A DNA stretch of 64,000 nucleotides from Candidatus Poseidonia alphae (GTDB lineage: Archaea > Thermoplasmatota > Poseidoniia > Poseidoniales > Poseidoniaceae): assembly GCA_002505405.1 (NCBI GenBank), contig DAVD01000027.1:5336-69335 (forward strand). Direction: 5' to 3'. Shown piece by piece: positions 44,103 through 53,541 of the stretch; within the stretch, counting starts at the first letter, position 1; every line of letters starts with the position of its first letter. The translations under genes were made by a program, and so were the position numbers. The notes below the pieces were generated by a model. It was not told the origin of the DNA. It saw only the letters and a list, made by a program, of their open reading frames with translations, and did no database searches.

Positions 44103-45539
44103 ATGAAAAAAGGTCAACCACCACCAGCCTTTGTGGACGAGAGACAAGTTGGGACCTCCCTTCCGGCGCAGGAAGAGGGCGAGGGGACCTCAACAAAACT
44201 CAGCGAGTTGAAGGGCAACGATCCGTCGTTAGGTGCCCTAATCAAGGTGCTTTTGGACGTAAAAACGCTGCCTCACGTGATTCTCATTTTTATTATTTCA
44301 TCCCTGTTCTATCTTCTGTCGACCAAAGGCGCCGAACGACTCAGTGCAATGGGGTTCTTATCCCTAACAGGAGGTTACCTCGTTATGGGGTTGCTGTCAA
44401 AGTACGAACGAATTGACCGACTTACACGCCTTCCAGATTTGACCGATGCAGTTGAGGCGGGTCGGATCAAGCGGTTCTTTTTCTCATTCCGAATCTGTTT
44501 GCTTCCCCTAGCATTTTCACTGGGTTGGATGTTGTTGCTGCTCGCAGTATTGGGTGGTGACGGCCTTGGAGAAAGCATACTTGAATCGCTACCGTTTGTG
44601 ATGGGAAGTTTGTTTGTATTCTGGGCGGTGATGCAAGGGAGAAGTTTTGGACACTGGTTGTCTTCAGTCGCCGCTCTTCGATTGCCCGATGATGGTCCAC
44701 GAAGCGGAGGCCTGAATCTCGTGGTCGGCGTTCATCTTTTGCTGCTCGTCGTTCTTTCAGGATTGATTCTTGCCGGTGTTGAATTCCTTCAAGGAGAGGG
44801 AGATGGATTGGCTCAGGATGTCGCTGAAAATGGCCTTTTCTTTCTCGCCTTTGCAGGATTGTTTTTGGCCTCTACCTTTCTGACTTGGAAGCTTCGAGTT
44901 GTGGCCTCAAGACATCGCTCCCTGCATCGTTTTTCTTCACGCTGGTTCTTGCTAACTCAAGCCTTGATTACATGGCATTTGTTGACCGTTTGGCGTCATA
45001 CTGTCATGTCCACTGGAGGTCCAATCATGTTGGTTGAGGAATTGGTATTGATGATTTCGACGGTCTTTATGGCCATATGGGGGTTGACTTCGCGTTCCTA
45101 CAAATCCGTATATCGGTTGGTAGATGAGCACAATGCATTGCCGATAGGACTTGCCTTTGGCTATGCTTATGCCGGAAGTGTAGCCATGTTGACGACGGTT
45201 CTTGTTGACATTCGTTACGTCATGATCACCGGCCATATCGTTGTGATTCTCACGTTCATGTGGATGCAACGAAGGGTCTTGATGAGTGTGCTTGCCGACC
45301 ACGATTCGACCGTGGGAATCATGCGTACGATTCGTGAAGTTCCCGTAGAGGACACGTCGGACAAAGACGGCGGGCGTGGAGATGACCCGTCAGTCTCCAG
45401 CGGCTCCGTTGATGCGGAGGGGGCCGGTGGTTCAGCCGGTATTGCCGTAAGCGAGGAGTGGTCTGAAAACAACTCAAAGGACATCGGCCAGGACGTTGAA
45501 TGGAGTGCAGAAGACGTCATTGAGTTGGTTGACGACTAA
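44103..45539 (+). CDS. Polytopic membrane protein (about 10 TM helices) of unknown function
   Basis: Many hydrophobic segments and an acidic C-terminal tail. Confidence 0.75.
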   Translation: MKKGQPPPAFVDERQVGTSLPAQEEGEGTSTKLSELKGNDPSLGALIKVLLDVKTLPHVILIFIISSLFYLLSTKGAERLSAMGFLSLTGGYLVMGLLSKYERIDRLTRLPDLTDAVEAGRIKRFFFSFRICLLPLAFSLGWMLLLLAVLGGDGLGESILESLPFVMGSLFVFWAVMQGRSFGHWLSSVAALRLPDDGPRSGGLNLVVGVHLLLLVVLSGLILAGVEFLQGEGDGLAQDVAENGLFFLAFAGLFLASTFLTWKLRVVASRHRSLHRFSSRWFLLTQALITWHLLTVWRHTVMSTGGPIMLVEELVLMISTVFMAIWGLTSRSYKSVYRLVDEHNALPIGLAFGYAYAGSVAMLTTVLVDIRYVMITGHIVVILTFMWMQRRVLMSVLADHDSTVGIMRTIREVPVEDTSDKDGGRGDDPSVSSGSVDAEGAGGSAGIAVSEEWSENNSKDIGQDVEWSAEDVIELVDD

Positions 45540-46450
45540 GCTGGCTTGATTCCAGAAAGCAACGTGACGACTCGAATCGTATCGACCAAATCTTCACTGA
45601 CTCGGGCTCCGAGAATAACCTGGGCGTCGTCGTCGAGGGCTGAAGTAAACAATTCGGCTACTGCATCAACTTGGCCAATGGTCATTCCAAGTCCACCTTC
45701 AACCTGAATCAAACATCCTTTCGCACCGCCGACATCGAGCGCAGCAAGCGGTGCCTTTAGGGCTGATTCCAAGATTCCCTTTGGGTCATCCGGGCGGCCA
45801 ATTCCGACCAACATTGTGGCCATTCCCTCTTGGTCCACGATGGCCCTTAAGTCCATCAAGTCCAGATTGATGAGTCCCATTCGCATGAGGGTCCGAACCA
45901 ATCCGTCTACCAAGTCTTCGATCCATTCGGCGCCCATCTGCCAGCTCTGACCCTTTTCTCGTGCTTGGCGAGCAAGGCGTTCTAGCGACAATCGGACCGT
46001 GACATGAGCGATGCGCTCCAGCCGGTCAAATCCGTCTTCAGCAAGAGCCAGACGAGTGGCTTGGGCCTCGAACGGTAGGCCGGCAACGGCGAGGACGATG
46101 GCTCCTGATTGTCGTGCCTGGCGAGCAAACTCATGGGCGGCTCCGGTTCCGACTCCTCCTCCGAGGCCGGTGAGAAGAATGACCAGCTCGGTGTCCTTCA
46201 GGAGTTGCTGAGTCAATTTGTTGAGTCCTCTCATTCGTTGTTCAGCAAGCGGCGGTAAGGCAGCACAACCCATGCTGTCCAGGGCGTGTCCAAGGCGGAG
46301 GACATGAATGGTTTCTCCGGTCTGGAAACTGCTGTCATCTGCATCAATCAAAGCAAGATGGGCCCCCTTCCCGCAGCGCTTGTAGGCTTGGTGTGCCCAC
46401 GAACAGCCAATTCCCCCGACCCCAGCAATCAGGATGTTGGAGGGGTCCAT
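45536..46450 (-). CDS. Divergent FtsZ/tubulin-family GTPase
   Basis: GVGGIG, GLGGGVGTGAA tubulin signature, LPFEAQ, GLINLDLMDL T7 loop, GAKGCLI and VILGA..RVVTLLSGI. Start set at ATG 46450. Confidence 0.85.
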   Translation of the reverse strand: MDPSNILIAGVGGIGCSWAHQAYKRCGKGAHLALIDADDSSFQTGETIHVLRLGHALDSMGCAALPPLAEQRMRGLNKLTQQLLKDTELVILLTGLGGGVGTGAAHEFARQARQSGAIVLAVAGLPFEAQATRLALAEDGFDRLERIAHVTVRLSLERLARQAREKGQSWQMGAEWIEDLVDGLVRTLMRMGLINLDLMDLRAIVDQEGMATMLVGIGRPDDPKGILESALKAPLAALDVGGAKGCLIQVEGGLGMTIGQVDAVAELFTSALDDDAQVILGARVSEDLVDTIRVVTLLSGIKPA

Positions 46451-46504
46451 GGGCGGCAATGACCGAAGCATCTCCTTGAACTTTGGTGTGCGCGGTGTTG
46501 GACT

Positions 46505-46804
46505 TTAATCCACGTAGCGGAGGTATCGGCGTCTTGCATCCCTTGCCCAAGCGTTGTCGGGCTCGAGGGCAAGAACCCGGTCGTAGTATTGAATTGCATT
46601 TTCAAATTCCGATAAATATCGGCCGTACAAGTGGCCAAGGTTCGAAAGAACAGGAATGCACTCTTCGTCGCCTTTGAGCATTCCAAGAAGTATTTTTTCA
46701 GCTGCCCCAAGGGCTCCCTTGAGCATCAAATCCTCGGCCTCGTCAAGCAACTCGAGTTGTTTGTCGGAGAGATTGTAGGTGTTGTCGAAGGTATGATTTC
46801 CCAT
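46505..46804 (-). CDS. Small TPR-repeat protein
   Basis: VLSNLGHLY...FENAIQYYDRVLALEPDNAWA matches the TPR consensus. Confidence 0.85.
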   Translation of the reverse strand: MGNHTFDNTYNLSDKQLELLDEAEDLMLKGALGAAEKILLGMLKGDEECIPVLSNLGHLYGRYLSEFENAIQYYDRVLALEPDNAWARDARRRYLRYVD

Positions 46805-46993
46805 GGGTCTCATCCTCTCCGAACGGGTCGCCCTCCATCAAACCTCCTCCCCGCCAAACCGGCCAAAATAAGCCTTGGGGGCCTGTTGTTCATTTTTCGT
46901 GAACAAACGCTACACTGCGCCGCAATTTTTGTGGCGTTTTGCTGACAATGTTTAAGGAGTCCGTACAAGTCGGAAACATGTAAGGGTGAGGCT

Positions 46994-47839
46994 ATGCTCA
47001 AAACCACACGAACGTCCCGAACTTCCCTATTGGTCTTGGTAGGGCTTCTTCTGGTCATTCCAGCACTCGCATCTTCCTACCACGGGGGCATTGGTGGCCC
47101 CCAATCTCACCAGGGTTCAAACGGCGTCGTTGAAATTGACGACGTTGCTAAATCTGGCTGCCTCTGCCACAATGAGGTCGCAGACAACTCCGTCCAAATT
47201 ATCCTTGATGATGTCCCTTACGGCTGGGTTGCCGGCGAAACCTACACCCTCCGCCTCCAATTGATTGGCGGACCGGAAGCCACGGGCGTTTACACGGCAG
47301 GATTTGCGATGCGAGTATCACTCGGAACGCTGACCGGTGACGACGTCCAAAACTGGGAAATCGACGGCACCGTCGACGAACAGACACTTACTCACACGGA
47401 AGCATCAGCCGCAACCAGCGATCGCTCATGGACTTTTGATTGGGTGGCGCCAGCGGAAGCAGAAGCTGGCGCTGCAACCTTCTGGATTTCGGGCAACTCG
47501 GTCAACGGAGACCAAGGGCCGGGCGTCGAGGACCGATGGAATCAACTCCAATTCGCCCTTACTGAAGGCGACGACGCATCAACTGCGCTCGGCACCCGCA
47601 CCCTCTTTGCTGGCGATGGTAACGTCAGCCCTCCCGAGCCTGACCATCATGGCGTTGACCTCCACCACATGGGTGCTAAGTTGCGTGCCCACTGGCTTGG
47701 ATTGCTTGGATTCGGTGCTGTGATCGGAGTTATCGTCTTTGCCGGTCTGCTTCTCCGCTATGGCTTCTCTACATCCTACAAAGGCCGAAGCAACCAGCTC
47801 AGGTTGCGCTACAAACTCAATCGAAGAGGTGACCAGTGA
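46994..47839 (+). CDS. Secreted, C-terminally anchored Reeler-like domain protein with a CxCH motif; first gene of the Rieske/cyt b operon
   Basis: Signal peptide, GCLCH, GETYTL...LTHT...WTFDWVAP...NSVNGD (Reeler/choice-of-anchor-V-like), a His-rich linker and a TM helix. Confidence 0.7.
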   Translation: MLKTTRTSRTSLLVLVGLLLVIPALASSYHGGIGGPQSHQGSNGVVEIDDVAKSGCLCHNEVADNSVQIILDDVPYGWVAGETYTLRLQLIGGPEATGVYTAGFAMRVSLGTLTGDDVQNWEIDGTVDEQTLTHTEASAATSDRSWTFDWVAPAEAEAGAATFWISGNSVNGDQGPGVEDRWNQLQFALTEGDDASTALGTRTLFAGDGNVSPPEPDHHGVDLHHMGAKLRAHWLGLLGFGAVIGVIVFAGLLLRYGFSTSYKGRSNQLRLRYKLNRRGDQ

Positions 47840-48282
47840 TGGACGACACAATCACAATTTTGTTGCGAGGCGTCGCCGATGGCTCGGTATCGATCGATGA
47901 TGCACGGACTGCTTTGGAAGACGTGAATTTGACCGAAGACCAAATGACCTCCGCAATCGACCATGGCGTATTCAATCTCGCGGAGTCCGGAACCATCGTG
48001 AGTGCTTCTCTTGCCCCTTCTGGAGGCTCCTACCTCACGATGTTTTTCTTGGGCTGGGGTCTGTTTTGGATTTGCTACTGGAGTTTCTCAATGATTTACG
48101 GCCTCGCAAAGGGTTGGGACCAACAACAACTCTCCTTCCATCTCGCCATGACCTTTACCACGCTCATCATGGTCGGCGTAATCTATCTCAAATTTGTTTT
48201 ACCTGATACGATCATTGTAAAGCATTCTCAGAACAAGTTTGTTCCTGAGCACATGAAGGATTGGCGGGAGTACAAGTGGTGA
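47836..48282 (+). CDS. Small membrane protein (2 TM helices) in the Rieske/cyt b operon
   Basis: Overlaps the upstream stop (GTGA), has a GAGGTGA RBS and contains two hydrophobic helices. Confidence 0.75.
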   Translation: MMDDTITILLRGVADGSVSIDDARTALEDVNLTEDQMTSAIDHGVFNLAESGTIVSASLAPSGGSYLTMFFLGWGLFWICYWSFSMIYGLAKGWDQQQLSFHLAMTFTTLIMVGVIYLKFVLPDTIIVKHSQNKFVPEHMKDWREYKW

Positions 48283-48288
48283 TGAAAC

Positions 48289-49134
48289 ATGGCGCGTGAA
48301 TACGAACTCAAACCAGCACCCAGTGAAGGCGCAGCGGATCTTCTTGATGCCACTACTACCATCAATCGTCGTCAATTCCTACGCTACGGGTTCAATACCG
48401 CTGCAGGCGTCCTCACGGCATCGTTGGGTGTGCTCGGCTTTGCTTCGATTTTACTGCCTCCTGGCGGCGGTGGCGGCGGGGATTTGGCCGTTAAGTTCTG
48501 GGCGAAGGGCCGTGAAGACTCTGCCTGGTACGGTGCGCAACACCTGCAATCGATGACCAAGAGTTCCTTTGTGGCCGAGGCCGCAGCATCCTCAACAAAA
48601 ACAGCTGGAGCCTCTGGCGTGTGGAACGGAGTTCCTGTTGTTGTCATGTATGTTGAACATTCAAAGTATGCAGGCACCCCCGATGCCAATGGAAAAGCAC
48701 GCTTCCAGTTCACTGAAGGTATTGATGAAACTGGGAAATACGTTGGCCACTTTGATGACCTCGCTGAAGCGGATCCTCGTTTGATGCCAAGCGAAGACCT
48801 CGTCATGGTGTTTGGTCGTTGTACGCACTTGTGTTGCATCCCAGGTTGGCAACTCGTTTCAAACTCCTACACTGAGGACTCATGGACTCCCGGCGGTGGA
48901 GATGATGGCGGAACCAAACTGTTCTGCATCTGCCACTCCTCTCGTTTTGACCCAACCGTTCTTGAGATGAACACAAACCGTAACCGGTCCAACGGTGCAA
49001 CATTCAACTACGCTGGAATCCGCCGTTCAGGCGGGCCAGCACCGGTGGGCCTCCCCATCATTCCCATTCAATTGAATGGCGATGTTTTGGAAGGTCTTAC
49101 AGACTACGTGGATTGGTACACATATTGTGACTGA
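48289..49134 (+). CDS. petC: Rieske 2Fe-2S subunit of a Rieske/cytochrome b complex
   Basis: Tat motif NRRQFL plus TM helix and Pro/Gly hinge. Box I CTHLCC, box II CICHSS, and GGPAP. Confidence 0.92.
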   Translation: MAREYELKPAPSEGAADLLDATTTINRRQFLRYGFNTAAGVLTASLGVLGFASILLPPGGGGGGDLAVKFWAKGREDSAWYGAQHLQSMTKSSFVAEAAASSTKTAGASGVWNGVPVVVMYVEHSKYAGTPDANGKARFQFTEGIDETGKYVGHFDDLAEADPRLMPSEDLVMVFGRCTHLCCIPGWQLVSNSYTEDSWTPGGGDDGGTKLFCICHSSRFDPTVLEMNTNRNRSNGATFNYAGIRRSGGPAPVGLPIIPIQLNGDVLEGLTDYVDWYTYCD

Positions 49135-49140
49135 GGTGAT

Positions 49141-50010
49141 ATGATGACGACAATGTTCTGGATTCTTTGGTTCTTCATCGCCTTTTTGGTGGTTCTTGTT
49201 GCATTTACACTGCGCAAGGAAAATCAAGACATGCCCCGCCGTGACATTCTACGTGCTGTAGAATCGACCGGCAAGATGGGCGTGGCCGAACGGTCGTTTT
49301 TGTGGGTCTTTTCATGGCTTGATACTCGATTCCGTCTCCAGGACTACTGGAACATGTCCAAAGGCGCATATTACAACATGCACCGTCAGATGCCCCTTAC
49401 TCACGCTGAAAAGTACAAACTGCGCATCATTTGGTACTGGTACCCCCTCTACTGCCTTGGAGGAATTTCCTTTCTTTCATTCATTATCTTGGTCATTACA
49501 GGAACCGTGCTTGGAATTTACTATGTTCCCGGCGGAGAAGGAGATCCATCTCCCGCCTATGCGAGCATGGAATACATCATGACACAACTTCCCTTTGGTT
49601 ACATCCTCCGGGCGGTACACCACTGGACGACCCACTTCATGGTTGCAAGCGTCTTTTTGCACATGTGCCGTGTTTACTTTACAGGTGCATACCGAAACCC
49701 ACGTGAACTTAACTGGCTCATCGGTGTTGCCTTGATGGCTCTAACCATCGTATTCGGATATTCTGGATACCTCTTGCCGTGGGACAGCCTCGCATACGGT
49801 GCCGCAATTATTGGAATCAACTTGGCCAATTCGAGTCCGCTGGTTGGAAAGTACGTTGCAACATTGCTGTTTTCTGGCTCTGAATTGACTCCTTTGACGG
49901 TTACACGCATGTACTTCATTCACGTGTTCATCTTACCTGTAATCGTTACAACACTCATCATCATACATTTGTTTATTGTCTGGGTACAAGGCATTGCGGA
50001 GCCGCATTGA
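49141..50010 (+). CDS. petB: Cytochrome b6-like subunit (N-terminal half of a split cytochrome b)
   Basis: YCLGG, RAVHHW...FLHMCRVY, YRNPRELNW, GYLLPWD and RMYFIHVFILP...IIHL, with all four heme His ligands. Confidence 0.93.
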   Translation: MMTTMFWILWFFIAFLVVLVAFTLRKENQDMPRRDILRAVESTGKMGVAERSFLWVFSWLDTRFRLQDYWNMSKGAYYNMHRQMPLTHAEKYKLRIIWYWYPLYCLGGISFLSFIILVITGTVLGIYYVPGGEGDPSPAYASMEYIMTQLPFGYILRAVHHWTTHFMVASVFLHMCRVYFTGAYRNPRELNWLIGVALMALTIVFGYSGYLLPWDSLAYGAAIIGINLANSSPLVGKYVATLLFSGSELTPLTVTRMYFIHVFILPVIVTTLIIIHLFIVWVQGIAEPH

Positions 50011-50025
50011 TACAGAGGGGAAAAT

Positions 50026-52833
50026 ATGGGATTAATCGATAATTTTGGCAGAGTCGCCTCCATGTATATGGAGGAAAAGCAACACCTTCAGGAAGCTGAA
50101 GAGAAGCGTAAGCGTACCCGAACAGGACACGGATTTTGGCCACATGAAGTTCTTCGTGACAGCATCATTTTCGCATCGATGCTTGCGATCCTTCTGTTCT
50201 ATGCATGGCTCATTCCGCCACCGCTTCACGGTGCGGCTGACCCCTATGCACAAGCAGGGTTCGTTTTCCCGGACTGGTATGTTCTGTTCTCATACGGATA
50301 CTTGCGATGGGGAGAATATTTGCCTCAATTCGTTGTACCTACCGGTTTCATAGGGGAAATTGTTGGTCAACCTATGTTCCCTTGGAACGCTGCATGGTGG
50401 GGCGCTGCACTTACTGGAATTCCAGTGGGTATTCTCGCACTTCCCCCGTTCCTCGGTGGCCGTGAAAAGCGACCTGTAGAGGACCCATGGTTCGCTGCAG
50501 CAGGAGCAGTTTATCTCGCTCACATTTGGTTCATCTCTGTGTTTTCAATCAACATCTTCTTGGAACTCTACGGAAAGAACAGGTCTGATTTCTGTAAATT
50601 AGATTCACACGGCGATTTGTTGTGTGGTTATCGGGAACCGTGGATTGCAGAAGTCTTCAATTCAATACCGTGGGTGATGACCGGGGTTCTGATGTGGATT
50701 GTCGTTTACTTCGTAGGTCGAGGACTCCTCGTTCGTGCTTGGGGTACCAGTTTTAACGTGGCTAGGAGCCGTCAACTTTTGGTTGGTGCTCTGCTTATCT
50801 CAACAGCAGCAACCGTTGCTACCTTCGATACATACGACGATGGGTTTTGGGATGCGAAAGGACTCCTTACCATCAAAGATTACGGTGAACTGGAAGCGAT
50901 GAGAACTCAACCCGTTGACGTTCATGTCCACGATACCAATGAATTTACTGATGACCGAGGCTGGTCTGAATCGGGAGTTGTTCCGACTACAGCATTCTTG
51001 AACTGGAACATTTACCAACCTGCAAGGTACATTATCACGGACTTTGCTGATGCAAACGGGCATCAGGACGCAGCTAATGGAATCAATGCTGCCGCAGGCT
51101 CACAAACCTTCAACGGAGGCGAAGGCTGGAGCACCAACGGTACCTTTGATGTTACTGAAGATACAAACTCGTTCCCCGATGGTCACCCAGAAGAGTTAGA
51201 ATCGCTCACTTCGGATTTCGCATGTGAGTTCCGTTCAAGCGAGCGTAAGATCAACGGTGTATCGACTCAAAGCATGGTGACTACCACACTTGTTGTGACC
51301 AACGCCGCAGGTTCTGAGGTTGTATCCTTCTCCAATTGCGAAGGCGCTACGACCGAGTTGACTGTCGGTACATACTCCTACACCTACGACGTTACCGTCA
51401 ACGGAGCCCTTGCCCTGAATGACAGCATCACGACCGAAACCAGTTTCTCGATGAAATCTTTCCAACCGCTCCTCGTCTGGGATGAAAATGCTCCTGCAAC
51501 ACTTGCAGGCCACACCGTGAACCTTTCCAGTGCCGAAGAAATGGCACTTGGTGGCTCAGCCTTCTCATCGATTGAAAACCCAACCTACCATACCAACCCT
51601 AAATCATTGGATGCAAAGTTGACGTATGCTATGTTCATTCCTTGCGTTACCTTTGGAGCCATTGTCTTTGTCTTGTTGCGATACATGGCCCGTGGCTATG
51701 AGTTTGAGATGAACAAATGCTACGGCTGTGACCTTTGTGACGATGCTTGCCCGGTTCGATTGTTTAACGGTGGAGATAAATTGAACATCATTTACAACAC
51801 TTGGAACAACGAAGACGACGGTGTACCGATGTATTCCTGTCTCACGTGCTCTGCATGTACTAATGCATGTCCACAACTTGTTGACTACGACTCATACGTT
51901 GATATTCGCCGAAGTCTCATCGTCGGTGGTCCACAAGCCGAGATACCTCACACCGTCCTACAGGCAGTTCTTTCTGCGGAAGCCGACGAAGCGGCTGATG
52001 TGGAATTCATCGCAACCGAAGATTACCCCATCACATCGAACATTGGTTACTATCCTGGTTGTGTTGACTACCTTGACCAAGAAATGGTATTCTCACACGT
52101 TAACGAAGGTACCATGAATTTGGGCGACTCCACCACTGCGGCTTTCACGCTCTTTGAAGAGATGGGAACCGATGTATCTTACTTGGGCCGTGACTTCTTG
52201 AAATGCTGTGGTCACGACCAAAAGTGGCAAGGCCTCGATGAAGTCTTTGAGAAGCTCAAGGCTTACAACCAACGCAAGATCCACGAATCTGGTATTGACA
52301 CGCTTGTTTCTTCTTGTGCAGAATGTTTCAGAACGTTTGCCCGAGACTATGAGTTGGAAGACGTCAAAGTCATGCATACCACGGAATTCCTCATTGAACA
52401 AGGCTTTGACATGAACCTGAAGTCCGAAGAAACCACGGTGACATACCACGATCCATGCCGTCTTGGCCGCCAAATGGGAATTTACGACGAGCCTCGTGAC
52501 CTCATCAATGCGGTCGAAGGTGTTGAGATTGTCGAGATGGAACACCATGGAGAAGACGCCATGTGTTGCGGTGTTTCCAGTATGATGTCTTGCAATGAAG
52601 ACGCTCGTTCCTTGAGAGTTTCCCGAATGGAAGAAGTTCGTGCAACGGGAGCTGAAACCATGCTCACATCATGCCCCAAGTGTGTCTCTCACTTTGAGTG
52701 CCTCAAGTTTGAAGGCGATGAAGCATACGAAGACATTGAAATTTTGGATGTCGTTTCATTCCTTGCTCGTCAAGTTAACGAAAAGAAGGCGCAAGCAGTT
52801 GAGTCCAACGTTGGCGAAACTGTTGAAGCTTGA
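50026..52833 (+). CDS. Cytochrome b subunit IV (PetD-like) fused to an extracytoplasmic domain and an HdrC/HdrB (HdrD/GlpC)-like 2x[4Fe-4S] plus CCG-domain module
   Basis: FWPHEVLRD, ADP and PDWY (PEWY equivalent) followed by TM helices. Then CYGCDLCDDACP, CLTCSACTNACP, YYPGC, CCGH, SCAEC, YHDPC, CCG and SCPKC. Confidence 0.88.
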   Translation: MGLIDNFGRVASMYMEEKQHLQEAEEKRKRTRTGHGFWPHEVLRDSIIFASMLAILLFYAWLIPPPLHGAADPYAQAGFVFPDWYVLFSYGYLRWGEYLPQFVVPTGFIGEIVGQPMFPWNAAWWGAALTGIPVGILALPPFLGGREKRPVEDPWFAAAGAVYLAHIWFISVFSINIFLELYGKNRSDFCKLDSHGDLLCGYREPWIAEVFNSIPWVMTGVLMWIVVYFVGRGLLVRAWGTSFNVARSRQLLVGALLISTAATVATFDTYDDGFWDAKGLLTIKDYGELEAMRTQPVDVHVHDTNEFTDDRGWSESGVVPTTAFLNWNIYQPARYIITDFADANGHQDAANGINAAAGSQTFNGGEGWSTNGTFDVTEDTNSFPDGHPEELESLTSDFACEFRSSERKINGVSTQSMVTTTLVVTNAAGSEVVSFSNCEGATTELTVGTYSYTYDVTVNGALALNDSITTETSFSMKSFQPLLVWDENAPATLAGHTVNLSSAEEMALGGSAFSSIENPTYHTNPKSLDAKLTYAMFIPCVTFGAIVFVLLRYMARGYEFEMNKCYGCDLCDDACPVRLFNGGDKLNIIYNTWNNEDDGVPMYSCLTCSACTNACPQLVDYDSYVDIRRSLIVGGPQAEIPHTVLQAVLSAEADEAADVEFIATEDYPITSNIGYYPGCVDYLDQEMVFSHVNEGTMNLGDSTTAAFTLFEEMGTDVSYLGRDFLKCCGHDQKWQGLDEVFEKLKAYNQRKIHESGIDTLVSSCAECFRTFARDYELEDVKVMHTTEFLIEQGFDMNLKSEETTVTYHDPCRLGRQMGIYDEPRDLINAVEGVEIVEMEHHGEDAMCCGVSSMMSCNEDARSLRVSRMEEVRATGAETMLTSCPKCVSHFECLKFEGDEAYEDIEILDVVSFLARQVNEKKAQAVESNVGETVEA

Positions 52834-52842
52834 AGTCAAAGT

Positions 52843-52905
52843 GAATCGTTGAACTTCGTTGCATCCTCAGGATGCGGTAACGACGGTACGAATGGATTCG
52901 TTTTT
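52843..52905. terminator. Stem-loop between convergent operons, probable terminator
   Basis: TCGTT-GCATCC-TCA-GGATGC-GGT-AACGA with outer GAATCGTT/AATGGATTC pairing, followed by TTTTT on the + strand. Confidence 0.55.
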
Positions 52906-53194
52906 AGTCGTCCGATTCGTTTTCTTCATCCTCGTTCATACCTACGATTTCGTAGTTTGACGGGAAGAGAGCAACGATGATTCCGGCCAATAGAGAAATA
53001 AATCCCCAGGTGAAATTCTGATAGTAGATCAGCAACTCAAGTGAAAGTGCAACCAAGAAGAGTCCTCCAATGTTTGATGTCCAAACGAGCGTCTTGAACG
53101 TTGATAGGCTTACTCCAGTGGTGCCTGGGTTACGGTAAGGTCCGAACTCCCCGCCAAATCGTTGAGCTGATGGGTCTTTTCCTTTCTTTGACAT
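52904..53194 (-). CDS. Small membrane protein (2 TM helices)
   Basis: GAGGTAGGA RBS-like sequence, two hydrophobic helices and an acidic tail. Confidence 0.7.
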   Translation of the reverse strand: MSKKGKDPSAQRFGGEFGPYRNPGTTGVSLSTFKTLVWTSNIGGLFLVALSLELLIYYQNFTWGFISLLAGIIVALFPSNYEIVGMNEDEENESDD

Positions 53195-53208
53195 ACTATC
53201 ATCCTACC

Positions 53209-53541
53209 TCATCGGTCAATCATGGTGATTGCGTCCGTTGGACACGCAAGAACGCACAGCCTGCAACCCGTGCAGGGGTCTCGAATAATTTTGGCCTTGC
53301 GATTGCTTTCCACTGAAAGTAGCGGGCTTTTGACATCAACAAAATAGAGTTCAATCGCATCATCATCACATACGATGGTGCATTGGTCACAACCGATGCA
53401 TTTCCGTTCTTCAACGAAGGCGACGGTTGTTTCGCCTCCTTTTGTATTGGCGCGTTGCTCACCTCGTTGGCGATTGAGAGCCGTGCGGATTCGCATGGCT
53501 TCTTCTTCTCGCCGGCGACGCAACTCATCAGGGCTGGTCAT
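53209..53541 (-). CDS. 2x[4Fe-4S] ferredoxin-like protein with a charged N-terminal helix
   Basis: CIGCDQCTIVC and CTGCRLCVLACP motifs. ATGA overlap with the upstream gene. Confidence 0.9.
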   Translation of the reverse strand: MTSPDELRRRREEEAMRIRTALNRQRGEQRANTKGGETTVAFVEERKCIGCDQCTIVCDDDAIELYFVDVKSPLLSVESNRKAKIIRDPCTGCRLCVLACPTDAITMIDR

